Assembly: GCA_963677495.2 (NCBI GenBank)
Contig: CAXXOU010000003.1
Span: forward strand, 477,872-541,871
Reading direction: 5' to 3'
Source: Candidatus Cloacimonadales bacterium
GTDB lineage: Bacteria > Cloacimonadota > Cloacimonadia > Cloacimonadales > JAFGVF01
Length of the DNA stretch: 64,000 nt
The position numbers and the translations under genes were made by a program. Position 1 is the stretch's first letter. Every line of letters starts with the position of its first letter. Shown piece after piece: positions 1 to 9,501 of the stretch. The notes beneath the pieces were generated by a model. The model was not told where the DNA came from. It was given only the letters and a program-made list of their open reading frames with translations, and did no database searches.

Positions 1-332
1 TTAGTAATACTATATCTAACCCCAGCTTGTGCAGCCAGATTAACAACAACATCAAACTTCTCCTGTTCAAATAGTGCCATCAGGTTTTTCTGATCAGTTA
101 GATCAAGTTTGATAAATCTATAATTATTATGTTTCTTACTCTGGATAAGGATATTATGCTTAATATATTGCATTTCTATACCGGCTTCATGTAGTCTTCC
201 ATACTTAACACGAAGATCATAATAGTCATTAATGATATCTAATCCGACTACTTCAACATTCTCTAGTGTAACAAGTTTGTTTACTAAATGGTACCCAATA
301 AACCCAGCTGTACCTGTGACTAATATCTTCAT
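1..332 (-). CDS. NAD-dependent epimerase, UDP-glucuronate 4-epimerase-like (N-terminal part; runs off window edge)
   Basis: Manual translation from ATG at 332: MKILVTGTAGFIGYHLV...GLDIINDYYDLRVKYGRL...VVNLAAQAGVRYSI. The GxxGxxG and LAAQAGVRYS motifs are typical of the CapI/WbgU-like GlcA epimerase group. Not in the ORF track because it is truncated. Confidence 0.88.
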   Translation of the reverse strand, partial: MKILVTGTAGFIGYHLVNKLVTLENVEVVGLDIINDYYDLRVKYGRLHEAGIEMQYIKHNILIQSKKHNNYRFIKLDLTDQKNLMALFEQEKFDVVVNLAAQAGVRYSIT

Positions 333-341
333 TCTAACTCC

Positions 342-1298
342 TTAAATACATGAACTATCTAGTGATCTATATATATTGATAATTTTGGACGCTATAACTG
401 TATCTTTTAAATCTTCTATCATTTCTCTACCATTAGAGCCTTCTTGATCATTGATTAACTCTAATACCGCATCTTTGATGATTGATGAATCATATTTGAC
501 TAACCTGCATCCATTACATTTTGGTAAGATTTCTGGAACATCTCCACAAGGAGTGGATACAACATTTGCATTACAAGCAAGAGACTCCTTAATTACATTT
601 GGTGAGCCTTCGTAGATTGAAGTAAACAAAACTAAATTTGCTGCATTATAGTAATATACTAACTCTTCATTGGGAATGTTTTTGAAAGGGACAATTGTTA
701 CATCTAAACCAGTTTTTGCTAAACTCTCTTTTGTTAAGGAGAAATTTTTCTCTGGTCTTTCCGGATTACCAGGAAAAACTACATAGATTTTATCTGTATC
801 CCATCCTAAGTATTCTCTAGCTGTCTTAGTTGAGATTGGTTTAAATCTTTCGAACGAGACACCGTTTGGGATAACAGAGTAATTATTGTTTTCTTTGTTA
901 AGATGAGAAAGAAGTTCTTTAGATTTAACAATTACATGATCGTAATACCTGCAAAACAGATTGTTGATGGATTTATGTATACTACCAATAATCTTTTGTC
1001 CTGATATCTTATTCCAAAGCAACTCTGAGCCCATCATTGACACTACTAATTTTTCTTTGGTTCTAGCAAAATGAGCAACAATACCTAAATAACCGTAATG
1101 AGCATGTATAATGTCAAATTCATTATCTTTCAGATACTTTCTTAATAATGGAATAGATTTAATATAACCTTTGATTCCACTATGTTTCAATAGATAATAC
1201 TCTACTTCTATTCCTTGCTTCTTCAGAGACTCTCCCTGATTTTTAATTATGGGAGAAAGACCTATTCTAGTACCACTGCTTACAAACAAAACTTTCAT
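342..1298 (-). CDS. GT4 family glycosyltransferase
   Basis: IIHAHYG, VIPNGV and SIYEGSPNVIKESLAC (ExxxxxxxE) GT-B motifs. Confidence 0.88.
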   Translation of the reverse strand: MKVLFVSSGTRIGLSPIIKNQGESLKKQGIEVEYYLLKHSGIKGYIKSIPLLRKYLKDNEFDIIHAHYGYLGIVAHFARTKEKLVVSMMGSELLWNKISGQKIIGSIHKSINNLFCRYYDHVIVKSKELLSHLNKENNNYSVIPNGVSFERFKPISTKTAREYLGWDTDKIYVVFPGNPERPEKNFSLTKESLAKTGLDVTIVPFKNIPNEELVYYYNAANLVLFTSIYEGSPNVIKESLACNANVVSTPCGDVPEILPKCNGCRLVKYDSSIIKDAVLELINDQEGSNGREMIEDLKDTVIASKIINIYRSLDSSCI

Positions 1299-2911
1299 TA
1301 GTGACTTCTCTCTCTCTTAACGAGAATATTGAAAATACATTTAAAGAAATATGTAAAGTCAGTCCACAATGGATGTTTTAACTTCTTAAGTAAATAGCGT
1401 TTCTCTGACTGAACAATTTCCTCAAAACTATGAGGCATATCAGCATAGAATGGCGGTAATAATCCAGGTTTGGTTTTAATTCTCAATTCCTGTACATCTT
1501 CAGGATACAAACTGAAATAATGCTCGCTTAATGCTCTAACCCCAACCAATCCAACTTCTCCTTTAAAGAAGTTTATAAACTGAGGTAACTCATCAATCCA
1601 AAGTTTTCTAAATACTTTACCCCAACTTGTAACTCGTGGATCGTTTGCAAATTTACCTCCCTTCTGAAGGTTGTAAGTTTGAAAGATATATTTTTGAAGA
1701 TATTCTGAATAAGGGTGCATTGTCCTAACTTTATATAGGTATATGATTTTTCCATCTTTACCACGACGTTTTAACTTGATTAAAGGTCCATATGATGGAT
1801 TTATATCAGCACTTGGATGTTTCACCTTACGGGCGACTAAGTATAGTTTTGAGCCGATCTTTTTCTTCTTTATTAATTCAAACCCACAATAATACAATCG
1901 TCCAAGAACTTCTGTTTCTGAAAGTGCTCTGTTTCTACCTTTCGTAAGCGCAAAGTAAAATCCTTTAAGCAACATCATTTTTGGGAAAACTCTTCTGAAC
2001 CAGAAGTCAAAGACATAAATTATACTGCCAATAAAAGGTGTAAACTTCTTCATTAACTGTTTTTTTTGTTCATGGAAGGTTTCAACATTTGCAACAAGAA
2101 CACCATCTGGTTTGATAATCTCGTTCAACTGAATCAAGAATCTGTTTATACGTCTGAAATCGTTAATTCTATGTAGGTTAACAAAGAGTTCTTTTGATTC
2201 CTTCTCAATTACTTCAATGTTATAGAAGGTTTGACTATTTATCACCAAAGATTTCTCTTTGTTGAAAGTAGACAGTTCTAGATAACTATCTAAAAAGTCA
2301 TATAACTCTTGATCATTATTTAAGTAGTTTTGTTTTAAATCCTTCTCAAAAGAGTGACTAACATCATTAGAAAAAGGTGAGTACTTGTTTTCAGGTGAAT
2401 ACTCATCAATAAAAGATTTATCATTTTGAATTGGGTTATATTTTTTACTTTCAATACCAGAAGGTATATTTTCAAGTTTACTTGATTTTGTTATGAATGT
2501 AGTTTTAGCAAAGCTGGGATTATCAAGATAAAATCTGAAAGAGTAATATAGTAAGGTGAATATTATCAATTCTGAACCTAAAGAAAGTACCATTGTACCA
2601 AATACAAGCGATTGAGAGTAGGTGAACCTTTTAAAGAAAAGGATTGCACAAACTATTACTGCAATTGCAAAAACATCATTAACAACTATAGATTTCCAAA
2701 TATCATGGATAGAGTTCTTCTTTCTTATTGAAAATTTCCCCCCCCATAAACCTGTAAGTTGCCAAGTAAATAGGTATCCAAGAAATGGTTTACTATAGTC
2801 TTTTAAAATATTCCTTGTTCCCTTCATATACCACGCAACCAGGGCAAAAGATCCAAAAATCAATAAAGTATCTAAAATAAAGTAACTTACAAACCAGAAT
2901 CTCTTCTTCAT
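1298..2911 (-). CDS. Initiating (priming) polyprenyl-phosphate sugar phosphotransferase with N-terminal TM helices
   Basis: Four hydrophobic N-terminal segments; C-terminal bacterial sugar transferase motifs YKVRTM, DPRVTSWGKVFRKLWIDELPQFIN, LVGVR, KPGL. Confidence 0.88.
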   Translation of the reverse strand: MKKRFWFVSYFILDTLLIFGSFALVAWYMKGTRNILKDYSKPFLGYLFTWQLTGLWGGKFSIRKKNSIHDIWKSIVVNDVFAIAVIVCAILFFKRFTYSQSLVFGTMVLSLGSELIIFTLLYYSFRFYLDNPSFAKTTFITKSSKLENIPSGIESKKYNPIQNDKSFIDEYSPENKYSPFSNDVSHSFEKDLKQNYLNNDQELYDFLDSYLELSTFNKEKSLVINSQTFYNIEVIEKESKELFVNLHRINDFRRINRFLIQLNEIIKPDGVLVANVETFHEQKKQLMKKFTPFIGSIIYVFDFWFRRVFPKMMLLKGFYFALTKGRNRALSETEVLGRLYYCGFELIKKKKIGSKLYLVARKVKHPSADINPSYGPLIKLKRRGKDGKIIYLYKVRTMHPYSEYLQKYIFQTYNLQKGGKFANDPRVTSWGKVFRKLWIDELPQFINFFKGEVGLVGVRALSEHYFSLYPEDVQELRIKTKPGLLPPFYADMPHSFEEIVQSEKRYLLKKLKHPLWTDFTYFFKCIFNILVKRERSH

Positions 2912-3684
2912 AGCTTCTTAAACCTTAAGTATATCATTTTTACAAAATTACGGATTAACCTTTTATAATAGATTTTGTACCAATCAAATGTATTGCTTGC
3001 CCAATGCTCAGGATGGATATTAATCATTATCTTATCTGGTAGAGTCTCATTTTCAAAAGCTTTGATGAGCGAATCTAAACTATCAATATGTATCTGATAG
3101 CTTGTTTCAACTTTATCTCTTCGATTTACAGATTGTTTTCCCCAAGATCTACCAGCATCAGTTAAATAAAATATATCATTGTAATCAAAGTCAAAAAAAG
3201 TTTCACTTGAAATCCCTAAGTCTCTATAATCATGGCTTTCCCAGATTTCTTTACTATCATATGGGCTAGTAGGTCTACCATGCATAGCAATAGATTTAAC
3301 TGGATACCCAATATTCTTAAATCTTGTTATATCATTCCTAAATGATTGATAAGCAATATCAATATCACCCTTGCTATCACACAAATTCTCATAATGATAA
3401 CCAATCTCATGCCCTAGAGAACTAATATTATTTATACATTTTTCATCAAAGCTTACAGGCTTTGTTCTGAAATAATATGTTGCCTTACATAGCATATTGC
3501 TTTCTATTTCTGCCATAATATATGATCGACTTGGCTTTCTGTCTACATCATGTCTTAAGATTAATACTTTAGGGTCAGTTTCTGTTTTAAACTCAGTTAC
3601 ACCGACACATTTATAACCTTTAGAAATAGCCGTTTCAAGAAGAAGTCTATACTTTTGAAAAGAGAAATCTTTATTCATTAACAA
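2908..3684 (-). CDS. Polysaccharide deacetylase-like (NodB-fold) protein
   Basis: ILRHDVD, ATYYF, GHEIGYH, AMHG and IHPEHW motifs. Confidence 0.7.
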   Translation of the reverse strand: MLMNKDFSFQKYRLLLETAISKGYKCVGVTEFKTETDPKVLILRHDVDRKPSRSYIMAEIESNMLCKATYYFRTKPVSFDEKCINNISSLGHEIGYHYENLCDSKGDIDIAYQSFRNDITRFKNIGYPVKSIAMHGRPTSPYDSKEIWESHDYRDLGISSETFFDFDYNDIFYLTDAGRSWGKQSVNRRDKVETSYQIHIDSLDSLIKAFENETLPDKIMINIHPEHWASNTFDWYKIYYKRLIRNFVKMIYLRFKKL

Positions 3685-4747
3685 ACCTATCTTGGAAATC
3701 GGGTTTAACTGTCATCACTTTGAAGCTTTCAGGATAGTTTTCAATGAACCACTCTGTAAAAGAAGTTACATCTATCTTGTCGTTCATGAACTGCCTTGCT
3801 TTACTCTTATATGTATCGAAAAGATTATCTTTTGCTAGTACTGATGAAAGTTTATTCATAACACCTTCCGAGCTAGTGAAATTATAACATAAGTCATATT
3901 TCTCAAGATCCTGACAATATGATCTTTCAAGAGTATTAATATAGAATGAAGCCGTTCCAAGAACTCCGGCCTCCATAGCCATTGTAGCACCTTCTCCTAC
4001 AAATACTTCTGCAAAATATAGTGCATCATGCATCATTTGTGGAGGGATTTTTATCATGAAAGGTTTAAACTTATCTGGTAGTTCTGTTTCTCCAGAGATG
4101 AATACTTTATATCCTTCATCAAGAAGCTTGTTCAACACATCTTCTTTCAATTCACTTGTCATACCACTCTGACCTTCATCATGAGTTGCATTCCAAGAAA
4201 CAAATCTTAGGATCGAATATCTTGTGCCTTCAGTAATACCTAAGTACTTGAATATATTTTTATTAGGTTTAAAATAGTTGGGACTTAGATAAGCTATCTC
4301 ATGGTGTCCTCGATACCTAATCTGTTTTTTGGGATATTCAAACGGAAAAACATCAGAAGTCAAAATTGCCTTCGTAAATGGTAAGTAAAGTCTAACTTGT
4401 TCCCAGTTACCGGTGTCTTCAAAGGCAATATGGGGTTTTCTAAGTATAGCTGCCACCCATGCTGCATATGGAGATCCATGACTCATAAACAAGTCTGCTT
4501 TAAATCTTCTTGCTTTTCTTAGCATTTGATATGTAAACCTGAACAATCCCTTAATCTTGTCCATTTTAGTAGCTCTATGCTCGCCAAAAGATGTGAAATC
4601 AAAACCTGCGGCAGTTAGAAGTTCAATCTCGAACTCTTTTTGTCTTGCTGTAAACAAAACCTTATGCCCTTTATTTTGCATATTTAAAGCAAAATTTCTA
4701 AACAAGTGCACATGACCGGGATGCCCAATATCAATTAGTATTCTCAT
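3671..4747 (-). CDS. DUF354-like GT-B fold protein
   Basis: MRILIDIGHPGHVHLFR start, FEDT, LRFVSWNATHD, GEGATMAMEAGVLG. Confidence 0.8.
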   Translation of the reverse strand: MRILIDIGHPGHVHLFRNFALNMQNKGHKVLFTARQKEFEIELLTAAGFDFTSFGEHRATKMDKIKGLFRFTYQMLRKARRFKADLFMSHGSPYAAWVAAILRKPHIAFEDTGNWEQVRLYLPFTKAILTSDVFPFEYPKKQIRYRGHHEIAYLSPNYFKPNKNIFKYLGITEGTRYSILRFVSWNATHDEGQSGMTSELKEDVLNKLLDEGYKVFISGETELPDKFKPFMIKIPPQMMHDALYFAEVFVGEGATMAMEAGVLGTASFYINTLERSYCQDLEKYDLCYNFTSSEGVMNKLSSVLAKDNLFDTYKSKARQFMNDKIDVTSFTEWFIENYPESFKVMTVKPDFQDRFVNE

Positions 4748-5541
4748 TTTCTCGTCGCTATGATTGTTTTACCAGCATAAACTTGATCTTTAAGGTTAAC
4801 AAGTATCTTGAAATCATCTGGAATTATCAAGTCTACTTGTGAGCCAAACTTAATCATACCAACATATTCTCCTCGTTTAACAGAGTCACCAACATCCTTA
4901 TAAGAAACAATTCTTCTTACTCTTTTTGATGCAATTTGAACCATCCCAAAAAGGAGTCCGTCATCTCTTTTAAACACCATAGTGTTTCTTTCGTTTTCAA
5001 CTAGAGCTTCACCAAGCTTCAGTGAAAGAAATTTACCATCAAAATGTTTGTTTAGAACTATTTCACCACTTACTGGTGCGCAATTATTATGCACATCGTA
5101 AGGTGTCATATTGATTCCCACTAACCAACATGGTTGCTTTAATATATCTGTTTTAGTCAGTTCCTCAAGCTTAGCTATTGTAGAATTCTTAATTGATATA
5201 GGAACTTTGTTAGGCTCAATTCTTTTAATATAGATCACATTTCCATCTGCTGCAGATATTACATCATCCAATCCTGCATCCGTTACTCTTTTTGGTTTTC
5301 GGAAGAATCTAATCATTAAATCCAAGAAAACAAGCATGGGAATTGAAAAAACTGTCGCTAGAATACTTAACCAAGAAAAGCTACTAACACATATAAATCC
5401 TAAAATGAGTGAAGCAAACTGAACAAATAAAATATCTTTAACAATTAATGAGTAGCTAACATTCGTTTTCTTGTGAAGAAAAGCGTATATTAGAAAAGGA
5501 ACGACTAGTGCAATTGCTGCATTTATTGAATATAATATCAT
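4744..5541 (-). CDS. psd: Phosphatidylserine decarboxylase family (pyruvoyl-dependent) proenzyme with N-terminal TM segments
   Basis: FFRKPKR, ISAADG, DVHNNCAPVSG, ENERN, QIAS..VRRI and the self-cleavage motif KFGSQVD. The family is clear; the substrate is uncertain in this context. Confidence 0.8.
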   Translation of the reverse strand: MILYSINAAIALVVPFLIYAFLHKKTNVSYSLIVKDILFVQFASLILGFICVSSFSWLSILATVFSIPMLVFLDLMIRFFRKPKRVTDAGLDDVISAADGNVIYIKRIEPNKVPISIKNSTIAKLEELTKTDILKQPCWLVGINMTPYDVHNNCAPVSGEIVLNKHFDGKFLSLKLGEALVENERNTMVFKRDDGLLFGMVQIASKRVRRIVSYKDVGDSVKRGEYVGMIKFGSQVDLIIPDDFKILVNLKDQVYAGKTIIATRK

Positions 5542-5542
5542 T

Positions 5543-6706
5543 TTAACCTCTTTTATACTTCAAGTATGGAGTTAGTATAAGATACATTATAGCTGGAAGG
5601 GGGTCTTTTAGGTCCCAAACTGCATACTCTTTCTTTTTACTTAAGCTTGTTAAATATTCTTTTAGGGATATGCGGGATTTTTTACCTTTCATAAGTTCTT
5701 TAAACACAATATATGTATCGATAACTCTTTCAATCCAAGCTAAACCTTCGATTTTATTGTGTACTTCAACTAGACTTCTTTCATTGTTAAGATATTTGAT
5801 TAATGATTCAATAGGACTAACATTTACAACATTTGCCATTGAATGCCATTTCCAAGTACGTGGATTAATTTCCAAGAGCTTATATTCACCGGTTATCTCA
5901 TCATACATAAATTCAGTTTCTGAAACACCAAAATAGTCGATTTCTTCCAAGAGTTTGGTTGCTAAATCATCAATCTCTTTATTTACTACAGAAACCGCAT
6001 AAGTTGTAGCTCTACCAAATGTAAACGGCCTTTGTCTAGATCTATTAGCAACAAAACTACACCAAGATTTTCCATTGGCAAAAAAAGAACCATATGAATA
6101 AAGATTCTTTGGGCCTCCTGGAAGAAACTCTTGAATAATAATCTCACTAGAAGGTACAGCTTTAATTCCAACTTCATAGTTGCTGATTAGTTCTTCTCCA
6201 TTGTTACATAATAAGGCCTTTTTACCTGTTTTCTTTAGAAATGTAGACATTACTGCAGGTTTAATGATAACTGGATATCTTATTTGTGTCGCAATATACA
6301 GTAACTCATCCATAGTCTCAGGATAGTACGATTTAGGGTAAGGTATGCCAAGTTCATGAGCTTTTTTATAGGTTTTTACCTTGTCAAAACAGAGCATTGT
6401 CGTCTCGTGCGATGGAAGATTAATATGATACCCAGCTAACACATCACGATTATCACTTATCAACTTTACCAATGTATCGTTGGTTGGTATGATAAGTGTA
6501 TCGAGTGAACATCTTCGTTTCACTAACTGTTTTATAAGCTCTTTGTGATCATAATATCTGACAAATATATCAAGATTTTTAGAAAATTTAGCAATACTTA
6601 ATGCATAATCATTAAAAAGAACTGTTTTCAGTCCTAATCGCTTGCAAATTCTAATAACACCAAGCCCCTGTACATGATCACCTAAAATGAAAACTCTCTT
6701 AATCAA
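5543..6706 (-). CDS. ATP-grasp carboxylate-amine ligase (D-aspartate-ligase-like)
   Basis: PTND, DKVKTY..A..LGIPYP, YPVIIKP, IIQEFLPG, EFMYD...YKLLEINPR. Probable TTG start at 6706 after GAGGGAG (ORF track starts at 6733). Confidence 0.82.
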   Translation of the reverse strand: MIKRVFILGDHVQGLGVIRICKRLGLKTVLFNDYALSIAKFSKNLDIFVRYYDHKELIKQLVKRRCSLDTLIIPTNDTLVKLISDNRDVLAGYHINLPSHETTMLCFDKVKTYKKAHELGIPYPKSYYPETMDELLYIATQIRYPVIIKPAVMSTFLKKTGKKALLCNNGEELISNYEVGIKAVPSSEIIIQEFLPGGPKNLYSYGSFFANGKSWCSFVANRSRQRPFTFGRATTYAVSVVNKEIDDLATKLLEEIDYFGVSETEFMYDEITGEYKLLEINPRTWKWHSMANVVNVSPIESLIKYLNNERSLVEVHNKIEGLAWIERVIDTYIVFKELMKGKKSRISLKEYLTSLSKKKEYAVWDLKDPLPAIMYLILTPYLKYKRG

Positions 6707-8135
6707 TTGTCTCCCTCGGATAAGCTGATTCAACTTCGGAAAATTGAATCAGATCATAGTTTACTAATCCAACATCATTCCCACCAGGTTCATCAGTTTC
6801 GTCCCAAATAAGCTCTGCTATTTCAAGCAAATCTGTTGTACCCCAATAATTCCTATTAGCGTCGATAATATTTGGTCTCGAATGATACGCTAAATTAACT
6901 GCAAGAGTGCAATCAAGGAAATTGTTCTTCGTCAATCCTACATTTATATCTGAGAAACTTATAGCTTTATAGACATTATTGAATGTTGAAAAAATCACTT
7001 CAGGACTACATCTATCAGAACTCACACATGCACCATCAATATTTTCGAAATAGCAATACTGAATAACTGAATCAGCAGAAATCAGAGTATCATGGGATTT
7101 TTTATGGTGAATTCCACTTTGGCAATTGAAAAAAACGCAATCAGTTATTTGAGCATCACTTGAATCCCATATCTTAACTGCAGGTTCTTCAATATCAGAA
7201 AAATAGCAATGCGAAATTATTGGCGAGTTAAGTAAATTACTTGATCCCCACACTCCAATTCCAGAAAAACTATTAACGAAACTACTATTGTTTATATAAG
7301 TATACTCAGTAGTAATATCCAAGCAAGAATCAGTACAATTATAGAATAACACATTATTGAAAGAGCAGTCATTTGATTTTACTTCAATACCAGATATACT
7401 ATTTGAGAAGACAGCTGAATCTACTATCAATCTTCCAGTTTCAACAACTTCTATTCGTCTCCAATAGGAAGAAGTATCTTTTTCTAGGAATAAAACTGGG
7501 TTCTCATTGTTGCCTTGAATATCAAGTATTCCAGCAACAGTTATTTTAGAATTATCCATCTCGATTAAACAATTATCGAAAACTGTAACACTTTGTTCAA
7601 GGAATAAATCGCTTGATACAAGAATATGTTGATTTGGTCCAAGAGTTAGATCTTCGCTTACTATCCCAGAAAGTTCGATACTCTCTGCCATATCAATCAA
7701 TACATTCGTATCAGTTTTCACTTCAATCGTCTTAATATTACATCCATATCCTTCAGAAAAGTAGTATAACAAATAGTTTCCAGGCACTACAGCATCAAAC
7801 TCAAAATTTCTATTTGTTACAATTTCTTGCAACCAATCTGTTGAGTTTCGATAGTTAATTGTATAATCTAAAGGAATTGAAGAACCTACATACTGGAAAT
7901 CATCATTTGATTCAACTGCGCTTGTAGTACTCTGGAACAACTTAACAGTAATTACATCAGACTCATTAGCATTATTTATAAGGTTGATTGACCCACTTAT
8001 TTTAAATTTAATTTTTGGATCTGTGCCATTCTTACAACTACATAAAGTATTCAAACACACAACACCTAATAAAACATATAATATTATTAAGGAAATTTTA
8101 CGTGTTTTTGACTGTCTCTGCCGATTCATATACAT
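6699..8135 (-). CDS. Predicted lipoprotein with right-handed beta-helix repeats
   Basis: Basic N-terminus, hydrophobic stretch and lipobox-like LCSC; repeated I..C.F.N turns; IDANRNYWGT motif common at the end of beta-helices. Confidence 0.65.
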   Translation of the reverse strand: MYMNRQRQSKTRKISLIILYVLLGVVCLNTLCSCKNGTDPKIKFKISGSINLINNANESDVITVKLFQSTTSAVESNDDFQYVGSSIPLDYTINYRNSTDWLQEIVTNRNFEFDAVVPGNYLLYYFSEGYGCNIKTIEVKTDTNVLIDMAESIELSGIVSEDLTLGPNQHILVSSDLFLEQSVTVFDNCLIEMDNSKITVAGILDIQGNNENPVLFLEKDTSSYWRRIEVVETGRLIVDSAVFSNSISGIEVKSNDCSFNNVLFYNCTDSCLDITTEYTYINNSSFVNSFSGIGVWGSSNLLNSPIISHCYFSDIEEPAVKIWDSSDAQITDCVFFNCQSGIHHKKSHDTLISADSVIQYCYFENIDGACVSSDRCSPEVIFSTFNNVYKAISFSDINVGLTKNNFLDCTLAVNLAYHSRPNIIDANRNYWGTTDLLEIAELIWDETDEPGGNDVGLVNYDLIQFSEVESAYPRETID

Positions 8136-9501
8136 CTCCTTTCATAAATCTATCGCTAAGTAGCAAATATACAACTAAAAACAACTGACCTTCTGCGTAC
8201 ATTAAGTACCCAAATGTTTGTCTACTTGTAATATGAACTACTATTAAACCAAGCATACCTAGATTTAACATAAGACCAAGATTCTTTCTTTTTCCATCTT
8301 TATATCTAGCATTTTTCCTGAAATAGTCAGCCAAGAATGCTAGCCATAAAATCTGACCAAAAAGTCCAACTTGTAGGATTAAGTTCAACCAACCTACATG
8401 CCCATCAGCAAACTTAGAATACTCTTTTGATGCGCCTAGACCAATAATAGGACTTGAGACAAAGCCTGCAACAACATTACTTAGTCTGGTATCAAGCCTA
8501 GATAGAGTCCCTCCAGCTGTTACATCACCCTGCGTAATAGCCGAAACTGTTGAGAGTCTATCTCCAACACTCTCAAAAGCAGTAAAAATTGAAAGATTAA
8601 CAAATGAAAATACTAGAAGAATAAGAAGAACTCTTACTGAAGCTTTGCGATAAGCTGTTGAAGTAAATACTTTGATAAAGAATGCAATCGCAATTACGAA
8701 CGATAAACTGATAATCCATCCTCTTGTTCCAGTTAACACAATTGATAATGCTGCCAATAATAAGTTGAATGTAGCATTTATATTATGTTCAAAAATGAAG
8801 TATAGACTGAGTATAGCTACGTAATATGAGAATGCAGGATTTTCCATCAATCTAATGTACCCCCCCCAGTGAATCCTATTATACTGCTGGGAATTTGAAA
8901 TACCAGTTAATAACTCAGTAATATTAGTATTGGTATAATACTTAAATATCTGTCCTACTAATCCTATAATACAATAGAATGTCAAAATGTAGTAAATATC
9001 TTTAGCTGATACTTTGTTTCTATCGAAGCATGGTACAGCCAATATTAGTGTGTTAATCATCATTCTTCTTATTATTGGAACAATCTTTGAATAGTTAAAC
9101 CCTAAAAGGAAGGAGTACGAAAGCATAAAAAGTACACCAAAAATTAAGAATTGAATTCCCTTATTATATATCATCTTCTTTTTAATTTTAAGATGAGGAA
9201 CAATTAATAACAATAATGTCATATCAATAAAGTCAATTGATGCCCCTGGCATAATTGATATAATTGGTAATCTATGTAAAGATGAGATATTTTGTTCACT
9301 GAAGAAACCAAGTGGTTGATTAATGTATGAAAGTAATAAAAAAAAGACCTGCCAATACATCTTATTTTTGATCAAGTAAAATTGAATTATCAAGATAACA
9401 ACCCAACCAACATATTTTGGTAAAACATATACACTTACAACAGTTATTGCGAATAGAATGATTTGAGTGAGAACACTATTTTGTGAGATTTTTTTTAACA
9501 T
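8098..9501 (-). CDS. wzy: Wzy polymerase / O-antigen ligase family membrane protein
   Basis: About 11-12 hydrophobic segments; LTGTRGW, SPIIGLG and HVGWLNLILQVGLFG (Wzy_C motifs). Confidence 0.75.
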   Translation of the reverse strand: MLKKISQNSVLTQIILFAITVVSVYVLPKYVGWVVILIIQFYLIKNKMYWQVFFLLLSYINQPLGFFSEQNISSLHRLPIISIMPGASIDFIDMTLLLLIVPHLKIKKKMIYNKGIQFLIFGVLFMLSYSFLLGFNYSKIVPIIRRMMINTLILAVPCFDRNKVSAKDIYYILTFYCIIGLVGQIFKYYTNTNITELLTGISNSQQYNRIHWGGYIRLMENPAFSYYVAILSLYFIFEHNINATFNLLLAALSIVLTGTRGWIISLSFVIAIAFFIKVFTSTAYRKASVRVLLILLVFSFVNLSIFTAFESVGDRLSTVSAITQGDVTAGGTLSRLDTRLSNVVAGFVSSPIIGLGASKEYSKFADGHVGWLNLILQVGLFGQILWLAFLADYFRKNARYKDGKRKNLGLMLNLGMLGLIVVHITSRQTFGYLMYAEGQLFLVVYLLLSDRFMKGDVYESAETVKNT

